Shown here: piece by piece, positions 1 through 13,757 of the stretch
How positions within the stretch are numbered: position 1 is the first letter of the stretch
How the letters are laid out: every line of letters starts with the position of its first letter
NCBI RefSeq assembly: GCF_002105155.1
Contig: NW_019028997.1
Span: 248,001-312,000 of the forward strand
Origin: Lobosporangium transversale
Lineage: Eukaryota
Length of the DNA stretch: 64,000 nt
Direction: 5' to 3'
Translations under genes and position numbers: made by a program
Notes under the pieces: model-generated
Seen by the model: only the letters and a program-made list of their open reading frames with translations
Told to the model about the DNA's origin: nothing
Databases searched by the model: none

Positions 1-2753
1 CCTAAATATAAGCCCGCCATTACTATTCTAGATCCCATTAACTGGGGGGATGATAGTTCTGACGAAGAGATGTCTGCCCTGCATTACGCAACAGGTCTAT
101 CCATAATAACTTGTTTATTGTGATGGCTATATCAACCGCTTTACACAGTTGTTTAATCTTTTTGATCGAGTATGTTTTCCTTAAAACCATTACAGAGGCC
201 TTGAAAGCGTACGAGCACAAGCCTGACTGCTTCAAGAAGGCAGCAAGAGCCTTGCGTAAAGAATGCAAAAGCGTTGACATGGATGAGGATGAGAAAATGA
301 AATGTAACAAGAGAAAAGCAAGCTACTTATTATATGAACTATTAGATAGGAGAAGGATGTCAGGGTTTTTCATGTAAACAAACACTTTTTTTATTATAGT
401 TGCGATTAGACTGGCGGCTTGCGAGATTGCCACAGCTAATATGCCTGTACCTGTTGATTGCCGCGCCCTTAGCCCAGAGGGGGAACAAGCACAAAGCGAA
501 TCTGCTACGCCGGCCAATATCCGACGATGTGTCCAGTATGGACTTAGGATTGCCCACTTTTGATGCATATTCTTTAAATACTGAGTTGTTCTAATGCTGA
601 GCCCTTAATGGTTTCCGTAATCAACGATATATAATACACAGGTCCCTTGGCCATGTGCCACAGCTCTGGACATCCTATTCTGGATATTTTCGCGAAGTCA
701 AAGTGATGTGTCTTGCGGTTCGATTTTCATTGGAGCATGGTACATGTAGACCTAATCATTAAATTTTTTGACGTGTCGAGCCCAACTACGCTGTCTTACA
801 CGTTTCGTACATTCAACGCCACACATCTAGATGATCTACGTGTTTTGCAACGGAACATCTCACGTTCTCATTTGGAGCAAATCGCCTTTTTGAGGGAGAA
901 GCAGAAAGAGCTATTGGAGACACACCGATTAGAAGTTACAAGCTTTCAGGAAACCATGAATCTTCATACAGCCATCAATGATCAGACAAAAACTATATTA
1001 GTAAGAGGGTAGAATGATATGCACACTACCATTATATTGCCACACTGTTGCTCCGCTTTTAGAGGAGCCCCAAGAGCACAAGCTTATATTCAATATCATT
1101 ACTTCGAAATAGTCTCAGGCTAGCGCTTTACGCGATTATTTATCAATGCTTTTCGAAGATATGTCAAGGATGAGTCGAAGAAGTGAGCAGGAAGCTATGC
1201 AACAGGGCGTTGCTATTTCGCACCTTCAAGAAGTTAATGGTCAGCTCATAACGGAGTACCACACGAGCATAGAAGAGGTATTAAACTGGCTCAATCTTTT
1301 TCAACAGATCTGCAATGTTCCTCTTGGCTTTTTTCTTACAATCAGTATTATATAGACTTTGAGTTCGATCTCCCAAGCGATGCGAAGCTGGCACAAGTCC
1401 CTAGAATCGGGCCTTTCACGAGCTGAGACCCTGGATAGAATTAATAAGGACCTTATGGTAGTGTGTCTTTCCTTTATCTAAAAGCCATGACGACACTAGC
1501 TTAAGTATTGAGGATATCAGATCAACTGCCTTATTGCAATTTCCTCACAAAACAAACTTTCTAGGCCAGGGTTCAAGAATCTAACGATGGCCTAGATGAT
1601 ATGAAAGGTCAGCTGAACACAGTTCGCAATAGCCTAGATCAAATAGCAAGGGTTGCTAAAGATAATACGCGCACCTTGTTGGATATTCAAGAAGTGGGCT
1701 CCCATAAAATAAATGCAGCTATAAATGCATCGATAACCAATGTCACGGAAGCGCTTTGCCAGCTGGAGACTAATAGCCAAATAGCTCGGGATGAAGTAAT
1801 CAGCGTGTTTGATAGTGTGAGGGTCAACATGCGTGACAAAGTAGCGAGGACTTTGGAAGAGACAACATTTGATATCAGGAACATGGCCGCAACATCACAG
1901 GAGAAAATCGAGCAACTCAACATGCTCGTGGACGAGTTCAGAAGCAAACAGGAAGACGTTCTTTGGCAGCTAGGTGTCATACATAGAGCATGGCGATTCA
2001 TGTCAGGTAGTGTAAATACGAGGCTGTTGCAAAAACTAGGCATATAAGAGTTGAATCATTTACCAACTTTGATCAAGGGGTTCGCGTGAATGATAGGCAC
2101 CGTAATTGAAAGGGCTTCCATTGTTGATATTGGTATAATCTTTTCAGTACTCGGTGCCGTCTGCCTTGCAAGCGATACGAAGACTGCAGGGAAGGGGTGT
2201 TTGCCTATTGGCTTATTGCACTTTCTATCTATTTTATACCATTGATATTAATATCCTTTTTTTTCTTACAGCCATCATTTCGATGGTCTCGATTGCTGTA
2301 TTTGTAGGTTGCGAGAGACTATTAACTCCAGTTTCATACAAATGGGTATTGCTGAGTGTTATTTGCACTAAGGTTTGCATAAAGGGCTCGCTGTATTGCT
2401 GGCGTTCTATGCCCAGCCAACACATAAGAGAGAAATGCCTAGCCAAAGAACAAAAGCATAATCTGGCCTACCTCCTTGATTCCGAGTTTAACATCTGGCG
2501 TAAGGAGGAGAACTATTCGAGTGGCCAGTATGGCCCACCACCCTACTATTCACAATGCGATACACGTATGCAGGTTTTGATGCAGCCAGGATGGAGTCAA
2601 ATATACCGAGGTGAAACACGACTAAGCTATGATTATAATTCTCCAACACATGAGTTGTGTGATCTAACGGGATCCATCAATGAAGAGCATTGTCCGTATA
2701 TGGGGGAGGCGTTTGGTCTCTCGCTTGGATTGTATACATGTGGCCAAGATTAA
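1..2753 (+). CDS. KAR5: Nuclear fusion (karyogamy) protein, Kar5/Tht1/GEX1/Brambleberry family; multi-exon, start lies before the window
   Basis: Spliced exons give the Cys-rich domain DCFKKAARALRKEC...AIRLAACEIATANMPVPVDC...RRCVQ/SLGHVPQLWTSYSGYFREVKVMC (about 195-750). Coiled-coil exons follow (ORFs 713-1012, 1146-1355, 1601-2047), then hydrophobic segments in the last exon ending at 2753. Confidence 0.8.
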
Positions 2754-3044
2754 GAATATGGATGACATTACAGGGCGAGCTTTTTTTGCAGCGCACAGGC
2801 TCTGGTTGCTTCCATCGCTGTGATAACGGATTGCAATCTATGATGACCTTATTTCATTTTTTTTTTTTTTTTTTTTTTTTTTTTGAAAATCATGTAAAGA
2901 ACGATGGGAAGCTTTGAAGGAAATATTCCAATGCGTGAGCTTTTTTTTTTTTTTTATTTTTTTTTATTTTTTTTTTTATTTTAATATCTTACAAAATAAA
3001 AACCGAACGAGCCTTTGATCAATGAATAGTCGAGATGTGATAAT

Positions 3045-3079
<35 letters not shown>

Positions 3080-3162
3080 CGAGCCATGGGATGGATTGGT
3101 TAATTATGTGTCTGATAGAATGAGTCTATTGAGATCACTGTCACAACCGTTGTCTTTCATAA

Positions 3163-4204
3163 TTAAACCTTATGGTAACCAGCAGGGACAAAGGGGAGCT
3201 TAGTAACGATAGCTTTTTGCTTGCGGCCACGGACTTCAACCTCGAGCTCTGTGCCTGACTTGTGAAGACCATTTTTGACGTAACCCATAGCAACGTTCTT
3301 CTTGGTCGAAGGAGAAGGACAACCTGAGGTGACCTTTCCAACCAATTCGCCATTGGCGTAGATCGGAGCATTTTCGCGTGCTGGAGCACCCTGTACAACC
3401 AATCCGATACGACGTTTGCTGACGCCATTCTTGAGCTGATCTTGGATCTTGGAAGCGCCCAAGAAGCCACCCTCGGCACGACGACGCTTTCCAATTGTCC
3501 AGGTGAGGCCGGCCTCAACAGGGGTGATGGTCTCATCCAATTCATGGCCATACAAACAAAGACCAGCCTCAAGCCTCAAGCTGTCACGAGCACCTAAACC
3601 AGCCAGCTCAACATCAGGTGAAGCGAGCAAGAGCTTGGTGAACTCGACAGCATCGTTATTTGGAACCGAGATCTACAAGTACAGGTCAATGGGAATGCAT
3701 GGTTAATGTACGTACAAACAACATCATTCATGTTTGCATTTGTGAAGAAAAAGTAATTTACTTCAAAGCCATCTTCACCAGTGTAGCCCGAACGAGCAAC
3801 GTGGCAATCGATGCCCTTGATGGTCATGAAGCGGCCATCCATGAAGGGGAAGTCGCGAAGATCCTTCTCAACCAACGACTCGAGTACAGCAGCAGCCTTG
3901 GGACCTTGGAGAGCAATTAAAGCATGGTCATCAATGATCTTCAAGTCAGCATCACCACCCTTATTCTGGAACTCCTTAAGATGAGCGCGGATGTGAGCCA
4001 GATCCTTGTCAGCGCAGCCGGCATTAGAGACCACATAAAGTGAGTCCTCATGCTTACAGATGATGGTATCGTCGATAATGCCGCCATCTTCGTTGGTGAA
4101 GACAGACAAAGTCGAGCTGCCAACAGGAAGATTCTCAATGTCAGCTACAGTAAGGCTTTCGAAGAATTTGACGCGATCCTTTCCTGTGACTCTAGAGGAA
4201 TAGC

Positions 4205-4239
<35 letters not shown>

Positions 4240-4508
4240 AACGTTAGACCAATCATGTCTTTATAGGATGTTGGTTTAATAAAAAAGAAGAGGGGGTCAT
4301 TCGAACACTCGTTTTTACCTGGTGGCAAGCATATGACTGACATCAAAAACGGAAGCATTAGTGCGGGTCCAGTTGTGAGAAGCACCAACACTAAGATTAG
4401 AGTATAGAACGGGCATTGACCAGCCAGCATAAGGGACCATCTTGGCTCCGTTCTCAATGTGATAGTTGTACAGGACAGTTTTCCTGAGGGCCTAAATCAC
4501 CACGAGTT

Positions 4509-4544
<36 letters not shown>

Positions 4545-4992
4545 TCGGTTATGGTTTCGACTCGATTAATTGACCTTGTATGACTCCTGTTCTGATTTGA
4601 TCTACTACAGTTTCGAAGTATTGCTCGTCAAGAAGCAAAAGACACCAAGTATTTTGGTAATTGGATCATAGCCTTTCTACCAGCAGTAGTTCTAAAATTC
4701 CTTTATAGTCATGGATTTTATATGACAAATGCTGGTTCAAGTATCATAATCCTCCAATAATTGGGCTGATTCAAGTTGGTAAAGAACTTTTGCCCTGAAT
4801 AAGACCATGCTCAAGCATCAAAAAAAAAAACTTGTCACCATGTCACGGTTTGAATGTCAAGGCATTGCATTCGCTCTTCATGCATGCATTAAGGCTTACC
4901 TCACTAGCAGCAGCAGCCGAATAGGCACGGTGAGCGGTACGTGCGACTGTAACAGTGGGGATTGACTTGGCAAACCTGAGTGCAGACAACAT
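3163..4992 (-). CDS. GCV1: Glycine cleavage system T protein (aminomethyltransferase), mitochondrial
   Basis: ATG at 4992 gives presequence MLSALRFAKSIPTVTVARTAHRAYSAAA. Motifs GGIIDDTII, ARSGYTGEDGFE, GLGARDSLRLEAGLCLYG, GKVTSGCPSPS. GT-AG introns. Confidence 0.96.
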
Positions 4993-5496
4993 GGCGCACG
5001 GTATTGAGTTTTATAAAAAGTGAAAGAAAGATAGAGAAAAGAAGGGTGAAGAAGGTGTGGGAGAGAAAGAGATAGAAAGAAGAAAAAGAAGAAAGAGAGG
5101 AGAGTAGAAAGACGTAGAGTGTGGAGGAAAAGAGGGAAGGGGAGAGTGAAGGGAAAAATGTTGATATCAAAAAGTCTTTTCTCATGCCTCTTTATCTTCC
5201 TGATGAAACGGAAACACTGAGTTTTTTTTTTTTTTTTGTAATTCGACTCGGTGGAATGGAAGGACGGGGATTCTTATTTTATATCCACAAAATTTTGCAT
5301 TTAAGCATGTCGGAAGGCTCTCCACCGCATCCATCCGTGTACTGACTTAATTCATAGAAACTCATATTCTCCTTATCCACTTACTAACACCTTCGTCGCC
5401 CCCCTCTGAACCTCAATACATCCTCATCCTACACAACACATACACGCGTTTTCTTGTATTATTTTATTTTATTGTTCTTGGTTGCGTTCAACCAAA

Positions 5497-6137
5497 CTAT
5501 CTTTGGAACGCGTTGGCGCCATCCTCGGCAGATACAACGCTCATACACTTCCAGTCGCCCGTGTATGTTGCTATATCGAAGCAATTGGGCAAAAAAAAAA
5601 AAAAAAAAAAAAAAAGGTTTCGCAGCCATTGCTTGTAATGATTAATTTCAGTTAAATTGTGAAAAATAAAATAAAAAAAGTTCCTTATTACCTTTCCACA
5701 ATCGGACCTTTCCATCATCCCCTGATGAAGAGAGGATCGTTCCAGTAACGTTCCATTCGACACGCCACACCTAATACAGATATTAAGAAAAAAAAAAGAT
5801 CGGATTAACAATGCGCTTCTTGAATCCCAATTTTTTTTAAGAGAGACTAGTTGAGAATTGAGAAACCTGCTCGTACGCACCTCCGCGTTGTGATCCGGGA
5901 AATCAGCAATACGTGTTACATTGAACATCTTGCGGGTCCATCCACCCGATAATGCACCACCTTGATTGTCTTCGGTCAACTTGAATATCCTTACATGTCC
6001 ATCTTTACATGCTGTAGCAATCAGGTGGTAACTCCTAGAGTACATAGATATAAAGGTATTGATATCATGTTTGAGGTCAATATCTGTCTATCAAAGAAGC
6101 GAAAGTATGATACAGTTGAATCACCCAGAGCAAGCCC

Positions 6138-6172
<35 letters not shown>

Positions 6173-6927
6173 TTCCCATATTAGGCGCCCAACTCACATC
6201 ATGGACCACACCTCCATGACCTCCCAAAACTTCACATGCCTGCCATTTACTGTTGTGGTCCTGTCTGAAGATCTAATGTATGTTATATATAGCCATAAAG
6301 GAATGAGATGAACGGAGATATAAAGTCAAAACAATCAATATAGACATAAATCGAATGAAAATCAAGCCAGCTCCTTTACCTTGGCAACATGATCCTTAGC
6401 ACAACCAACGACCATCATCTGTGCAGCAAACTTCGCAGTACACCATGATAAACAATGGTTTCCTTCCTCGTCCTTGCTTGGTCCTTCTCCAACAGGGAAG
6501 GAGTCAATCATGGTCCAATGTGCCAGACTCGTCACATCCATGGCTTCATAAATCCGAACCAGCCCATCTGCAGCAGCAATAGCCTGTCAACAAAACATAA
6601 AAGTCAAATAAAAAAAAAGTAATATTCATGAAAAGAAATCAAGATTGAAGGATATAAACATGATCCCTGATCGGTTACTGTTTGGGTCAATATGAACGTT
6701 TCATATAAAAGCAAATACGTTTCATAATCATAATCACTGTACCAGACGAAGACCAAGGTGATTTGGTGCGAATTCTACGTCCTGAACAGTTCCGCTGTCA
6801 TCCCTGAGAGTAGCAACTGCAGTCCACTTCTTGACTGCATCTAAAATAAATTAATAAAAAAGCCAACCATCCATTCACAGACCAAGAGAGGGAGAGACAT
6901 GTTGGTATGGGTGTAACGACATTGAGC

Positions 6928-6958
<31 letters not shown>

Positions 6959-7516
6959 AAACAAATTCTAACATTAGACAGAGCGATCAATTACCATGAT
7001 AAGTTTCTTCCCAGACAATGACACTACGATCAAAAGAGCATGAAGCCAACACCTGTCCATATTCTGGATGTGCCCATGATGTCTTGAGAACCGCACAGGA
7101 ATGGGCCTAGGAGAGAAGGGCAGACAAAGTTTGAAGTATGGAACCCGCTTAGTTGTCTGAATCATCAATCTTTTTTTTCCTTTATTTATTTATTTATTTT
7201 TTTTTTTAAAAAACTTGCCTTGAATGAAATATTGGATTCCCACACACCTTCTGCTTCATTGTAGTCCCAGATCTTTATTTTTTGGTCCGAAGAGCAAGTT
7301 GCTTTACAGCGAAGGGTTTATTTAAATGTTGAAGTTGCAGTTGAAGTTGAGTTACAAGAAGGACCGCAACAGTAAAATTCACAAAGTATAAAGGGCTTTT
7401 GTAGCCACATATTGTTCTGTTCAAGTTTCCTTACCGAGTCGGTTCCCGTAATAGTTGAACGCGACATCGTGGATGAGGTCCTCATGGGATCCTTCAAACT
7501 TTGTGACCTGATTCAT
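5497..7516 (-). CDS. SEH1: Nucleoporin / SEA(GATOR2)-complex WD40 protein Seh1; multi-exon
   Basis: Exons read [118 protein letters not shown]. One GC-AG intron at 7107-7218. Confidence 0.93.
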
Positions 7517-8132
7517 TTATCGTTATCGTTAACGTGCGTTGTTTGCAATGGCGACCGTCTCTTCGTAATGTGATGAATGTTGAGGAAGGATATTGCCTGA
7601 GGAATGCGTCTCGTTTCGTTCCTGTCGCCCTTTCCTGACTGAATAAAAAGAAAATCAATATAGAAGGAAGAAGATGCAAAAAAAAAAAAATTGGGACTGT
7701 GCTTCTAGGCTTTGAATTTGTGTTAATATCTTTCCGTATCGTTTGTCCCCACAGACTGCAACGACTTTGTTGCTCAATTGGGACAATGATCGGGACTGTC
7801 ATCAAAGAAGAGTTGTTATAAAGTAAAGGGCTAGTCACGGGAGCTAATTTTTTCTTCAACTTTCGACGCTTCTTACCAGCACATTTTGTTCTGGGGCAAT
7901 TGGTCTTGCCGCCAGACCCTGGACGCTTTGGCTGGCTGTTGCAAGAGTAATTGTTCCGTATATATCTCAATTCCTCCAGAATCTTAAATGGAGTGAATTG
8001 TCGTCTTCCACGGCGAAATTTTATACATTTAGATATCCTTATCATATTTGCCATGCATGTAGTTTACGTTCAACATGAATCTGATTATGTGTTTTTTTTT
8101 TTTTTTTTTTTTTTTTGGTCATTTTATTATTA

Positions 8133-11054
8133 TTAGGCTGCGATTCCTGAGGTTGCAATAGCATCCTCATTCCTAAACTTTTGCAATGAATTTGATTTGG
8201 CACAGCGTGTAAAGAACCGCAGAATCTTTAGATCGCGTTTATCTACTCGCATGGATTGCAAAAATGCTTCCACTACGCTCTCATCCGATGCTTTACCTGT
8301 CTTGTACAAGTTGTGAAACTGTATTGATTTGCTGTATAAAGTGTAGAAGTAAGAAAAAAAAAGTAAGCCATCTATACAATAATTCACAATCCATAGTTCA
8401 GTCCCTCTCAATAACGAATATGTAGTATGGGGAACAAACTGTACCTGACCCATTCATCTCGAAGCACTATCAGTCTCCTAGACTCTATAGTTCGAGGTAG
8501 TTTATAGTCCAGTATACCGTTCAAAGTATCGATATAAAGAAGACAAGGGTGTTTTTGAGGCGAAAGCGTTCTCCTCCCTAACGTATCTTTCCCATTCGTA
8601 TCTTTAAAGTTATCGAGGTATAATGTTTCTGGTGGTTCCTCTCCTGCCTGCAGGAGATATTTCCTTGTCTGCCATAAAGCGCCCCCCTTAGGCGAATGCA
8701 GATTGCTTGGCAAAGATGTCGGAGGTTGGGTATGATCAATTGAACCATTCGAAGGCTTCCCCTCCGTAACAGCCACAACTTTCTCCATATGGACGCTTAG
8801 ATCTTTTATGTCTGATACTAGTGTCGCGTTAGACCAATCCGCTTGGTATACAGGAGACATGTCTTCAGATCCATTCTTGCGGCGAGTATCAACAGGTAAA
8901 GATGTTGGGGGAGTTGGAATGTCATGACCAAGAGGATTTGTACAGATGTCAAGTAAAATAAAGTCTTGTGGGTCCAAATCAGTTGGAATTGGGATAGAAC
9001 GATGGAGTCCAAGGATATTACACGCATAGCTCGGCTCATAGCAGGATCCGTCCAGAATAACAGTGCAGCAATCTTTAGGCAAAATCCCCTAAAAGCATTT
9101 AGTTAAGAATAAAGAGGAAAATTAAGAAATCAATCAACCAAATCCATCTGAATATGGAAACGCCTGCATTGCTTTCTACCCATGTAATTCCTTACAACTT
9201 ACCTCTAGTAACCTGATAATGTCATGAACAACACTGGGCTCTTCTCCGCGCACGATGACTTGATTACCTACAACACTGTTCCATATAAGGCGATTGAATT
9301 GCTGGGGTCCAAGTGCTCGTCGTAGATCTCTCAAAGATTCAATGATGATGCTTTGGTGTCCATTATCGCTCGATTGCCGCTCATTTATTTTCTCATATGG
9401 ATGAGGATCGCTCTACATTTATTATAGTTTAGTTAGTTATCAATGTCAGTCCGGTAGCTAGATTTGGAATAGACCCTGGCTCTCGATGTCATTAAAAAGA
9501 AATCGCATGTGCTATCCTGTGAATATATGATACATACAATAGGACGTCCTTGAATATATCGTTCTGTTAGCCTCCGACTGCAGCTGCTCAGCACAGAAAC
9601 AAATGCAGCATGCAATTGAACAAAAATATCTGGTTTGGCTAAAACGTCTGTTAATGGTCGTCCACGTTTGGTCGGGGCATCTAGTGAAAGTGGAAATCGA
9701 TCGCACGTGGTTAAAAAATTGTGTGTGACAATGCTCACGTCGGATAGCATTAGCTGCAGGGTCTACAATTGCAACTACAGTAGATGCACAGCTTACTCTC
9801 TGGCATGATGGATCCTCGATGATGGGATGAAGAGTAAGATAGAGACCGCGTTGCGGATGATTGATGCGGAGGACATAGAGCGTTTGCCATCGATTGGAGG
9901 TTCGATGCGATCACTTGAAATTGACTACGGCATTAAACAAGTTGATAAAAAAAAGAGAGGGAGTGCACAAGTACCATCTGTGTTCAGTGATCCACCAAAT
10001 TACACATTATTTTCACAGTAGAGCATGGTCTGTCGTCCAAAATATATCGTACCTGATCAAATATTCCATGCTGGCAACAAGATAAACCCGATCTGTCATC
10101 ATGGTCATAATTGTGTACTTGACTCTATGTCCGCGTGACTGTGCGTCGTAGACTGTAAACATGTATGAGAGCACATAGCCATTGACACCGTCGCCAAAGA
10201 AAACAGAACCTTCGCGTCCGCAGTAGGTTTCTGAGTTGAGGCTGGAAGACAGGATAGGAATTGAGTGGACGGTTAGATTTTTTTTTCTTCTTTTTTTTTT
10301 GCTGATCCCGCCCAGCCGCTCAAATTGAAGCAAAGCAAAAACGGCTGCGAATCGTGCATGCATCTGTTTTGTGCTGCGAAGTAGGCATGCAAATCACATA
10401 CGATCGAATGCAGGCAATACGAATAGGTGCAAACAGACTGGCATCCACTGGAATGGGCTGACTAATGTAAGAGAGCTCATGATTGATGGGATCGACCGAA
10501 TGAAGTGACTTTTCTCCACTTGGGATACTGAACTGACATTCACATGGATTACTATTGCTCGATGAATTGAGTGCAGGGTGGGCTGAGGATGGACGATTGG
10601 CAATGGAAACCTGACAGGATCCATTAAGTGACGATTGATGTATTGAACGTCTTGATTTTTTAGTTTCAAGAGGTGGCAAAGGATTTGTTCCTGTTGTTGC
10701 TCCTGTGACAGAGACGGAATTAGAGCTGTTCACTAGAGCAGTTTGCGAGTCGAATGATGAGGTTGAGGTTGAGGTAGGAGGGAGAGTACCCTTATTATGA
10801 ACTGAAGAGGGATGGTCTTCGAGCAGAGCAATCGGTTGGGCTATGGAAATATTGTGAGGTAAAGATGGTAATGAAGGGGTATCGCTGCTGTTATTGGCGG
10901 CGTTGCCATTGTCAGCATTGGTGGTTCGTGTGTTTCTGGATGAAGACGTTCCATTGCAAGGTGAGGACGAAGGAGGACGACGATGCTGTGTAGTGAGAAT
11001 TGTGACTGGGCCATGGGGTTGACACCAGACGGCAAGAGCAATCAATGCATTCAT
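8133..11054 (-). CDS. FLCN: Folliculin (Lst7/Bhd1) homologue, longin-DENN Rag GTPase regulator; multi-exon
   Basis: N-terminus MNALIALAVWCQPHGPVTILTTQ resembles folliculin MNAIVALCHFCELHGP. Also ACIRS/LNSETYCGREGSVFFGDGVNGYVLSYMF...DAQSRGHRVKYTIMTMMTDRVYLVAS. C-terminal exons lie in ORFs 8408-9082 and 8133-8453. Confidence 0.9.
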
Positions 11055-11516
11055 GACAAACCAGATGGAATTGAGAGGAGGAGAGGGGAGCACTCAAAAG
11101 GTTTAAGAAACGGTGTACATATAAATGAGTGTTGCAATGGGAGAGGAGAAGAGGCGTAAAGTGGCTGAAAGCGAGCGGGATGAAGAGTGAAAGGAGCGAA
11201 GGAAAGGGATGATGGAGGCGTGGTGGAGCTGAAGCAGAGAGCAAGTGACGTGGGCCATGAGCGTACTCCAACCACATTCTTATATATTTTATTATTTTAA
11301 ATTGTTTTGAGGGCCGCAGAGATGCCACATGGCATGGTTTTATTATTGAACCATGGGACACACTTAACAGAATCAAGATCTGCTGTTCTGTCTTCCTGCA
11401 TGCCATGTAAACATGAATAAAAAAAAGGTTAAATCGCATGTACATCTTTTTATTCTATTTTCAAATGCCAATGTCTTTCTGTCTTGTATGCATAGTGATA
11501 TAATTCACTTTAGGAT

Positions 11517-13074
11517 CTAAGGCGTCGTGGGTTTATCGGGCTTCACACCTTCATATACTGCACCAATAATCTTTAATGCACGAGCACGCTCCAACAATGT
11601 CGCCTTGGGGACAGCGGGGTCGCCCAGAACTTTGTCACAAACATCACGCAGAACACCTTAAACAAAGAAATAAAAAAATAAGGTTGTAAGTTCAAAGTCC
11701 TTTCAAAAGTTCGCCAATGACCCCTGAGCCATGGTTCCGTTAACAAAATCATATGGCAAGACCGATAGAATTGATTAAAAAAAGACATACCTTCCACCTC
11801 AAGCTTGGAGCCCTTCCAAAGAGCACGAAGTCCCTTAGATGCTGCTGCCTCTTCAAGAGCCTTTTTAGCGGCCTCGTCCATTGCTTCCTTCTCAGCCTCT
11901 TGCAGCTGAGTAAAGCTCTGCTGGAGATCCATTGCTGCTCGAAGAGTGGAGACAGTTTCTGAGAGAATATGTCCCTTTTCACGTACGCCATGGAACCAGC
12001 TGCCAAGACCTAGCATTTCGTTCTTGCCGAGATACTGTTTGGCTTTCAAAGTATAGGTGAACCCAATAGCATGCAGCAGTTCCACACCATAGCTCTCTGC
12101 TTTCAAGTCCTCGGCCTCCAAACGGATCATTTCCTGATATCCCTTGGCAGCTTCGAGATCACAAGGACCATCTGTAAAAATGCTGAGTTTGTGTATCAGA
12201 TTTTTAACGAGCTTATCTACACGAGCCTGACGAGCTTCGTCCCTCGCTTTGTCCTTGGATTCGTTAGCAGATGCTTCCCGCTTCGCCTTTTCTTCTGGAG
12301 ACAATCCTGCTGTGGTTTCATCCTCAGGGTCATTGAGGGCATCCCGCATGTCACGTCCGATCGAAATTTCTCCAATAATATCAACAAAGCGATCTCCTCC
12401 AAATTGTTGTTTGAAGAATGCTTCGGGGTTTACTGTTAGGAGTTAATTAAAAAAAAAAAAAAAAAATAAAAAAAATAAATAAATACAAATAATAATAACA
12501 ATAATAATTCTTGGCCAGTTGTCTATAATAGATCTCTTCGTAAGCGTTGTGCTTCTGATGTTCGTTTATGCGATGCCACCTACCGAAGCCTCCTTCTGGC
12601 GACACGTCTTTGTTATGGCCATACATGTTGTAGTCAGACCGCAATTTAGGGTCTGAGAGGACCTGATATGCCTCCGAGATCTTTTGAAACTATTATTACA
12701 CATATCAGAGTAAAAAAAACCAAATTAGGCTTTAGCGGACTATTGTTGTTTCCAAACCCACGTGCCTCCCACGAGATTACAGCACAAGTTGTTGCCACTG
12801 AAAAAATGTGATTTTTTTACCTTGGCATGTGCATCGGGGTCAGGATTTTTATCTGGATGGTTCTGGAGTGCCAAGGCTCTGTAATTCTTTTTGATTTGGG
12901 CGGGAGTGGCATCGACTGGTACGCCTAGAATATCATACAGTTCGGTTTCTAAGGGACTGGCATCTGAATATTCATAATAGAAAAAAAAAGGAACCGATGG
13001 TTGGTCATTAGGATCAATGTAATGAAGAGTTTGTAGAATGTGTCAATCAGAGCCAAAAGAATATGTTTAGAATC

Positions 13075-13105
<31 letters not shown>

Positions 13106-13388
13106 CGGTGCCTGTGCCAGTTCTCTTTGGTTTGGAGGAGGGACCATCCTTCTTGTTGTTGTTAGAGCTACTGCTTTTGGGTGAGCTTGTGCCTGTAGAA
13201 GCAGAGGCAGAGGCACCTTTCTCTGGGTACTGAATATCGATGCTGAGGACTTGTTTACAGACATAACATTCAATGTAGGTGACATCGCCTGTGCTTTTTG
13301 GTATGGGGAATTCCACAGGGGTTTTGCAGCCCACACATTCTGCAGTCAAGTACTGAGGCTTCCTAGATTTGATGATTGTAGGTTCCAT
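11517..13388 (-). CDS. J-domain + DnaJ-X co-chaperone (Djp1/Caj1 family) with N-terminal CxxC-x19-CxxC motif
   Basis: J domain ETELYDILGV...IKKNYRALALQNHPDKNPDP...FQKISEAYQVLSDPKLRSDY (12.6-12.96 kb). Then NPEAFFKQQFGGDRFVDIIGEISIG and the DnaJ-X motifs EAEDLKAESYGVELLHAIG and GSKLEVEGVLRDVCDKVL. Stop at 11517. Confidence 0.88.
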
Positions 13389-13628
13389 TGTTTGTAATTA
13401 TGTTTGATTGAAGACGGGATGAAGAGAGAGGAGGTGATTGTGTAAATAGTTAAGCGATTGTAGGGTGGCTCAATGACTGCAATTGTGCAGCAGAGTGACT
13501 CATGCAACAAGTCAAGGAGGATGGAGCTGAGTGGAGGGAAGCGAGGAGAAAAGGGAAAACAAACAAACAAAAGATAATAATTCCTAAACTCGTTGCTTTG
13601 CAAGAGTTGTCAGTCAACACAGTCACTT

Positions 13629-13718
13629 GATCATTCGATTCATTCGATTCATTCGATTCATTCATAAATTCATCTCATCTCTTACTCCATTTCATTTCTC
13701 ATTTCTTCACAATTTTAT

Positions 13719-13757
<39 letters not shown>
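13629..13757. repeat. Short tandem repeats (TTCATTCGA)~3 and (ACTCTC)~6 in the divergent DnaJ/SET3 intergenic region
   Basis: Read directly at about 13629-13663 and 13718-13757. Confidence 0.8.

Noticed and set aside
7494..8054. 186-aa minus-strand ORF between FLCN and SEH1
   Set aside because: No recognisable motif. It runs through the SEH1 promoter and out of frame over its start, and FLCN already ends at 8133.
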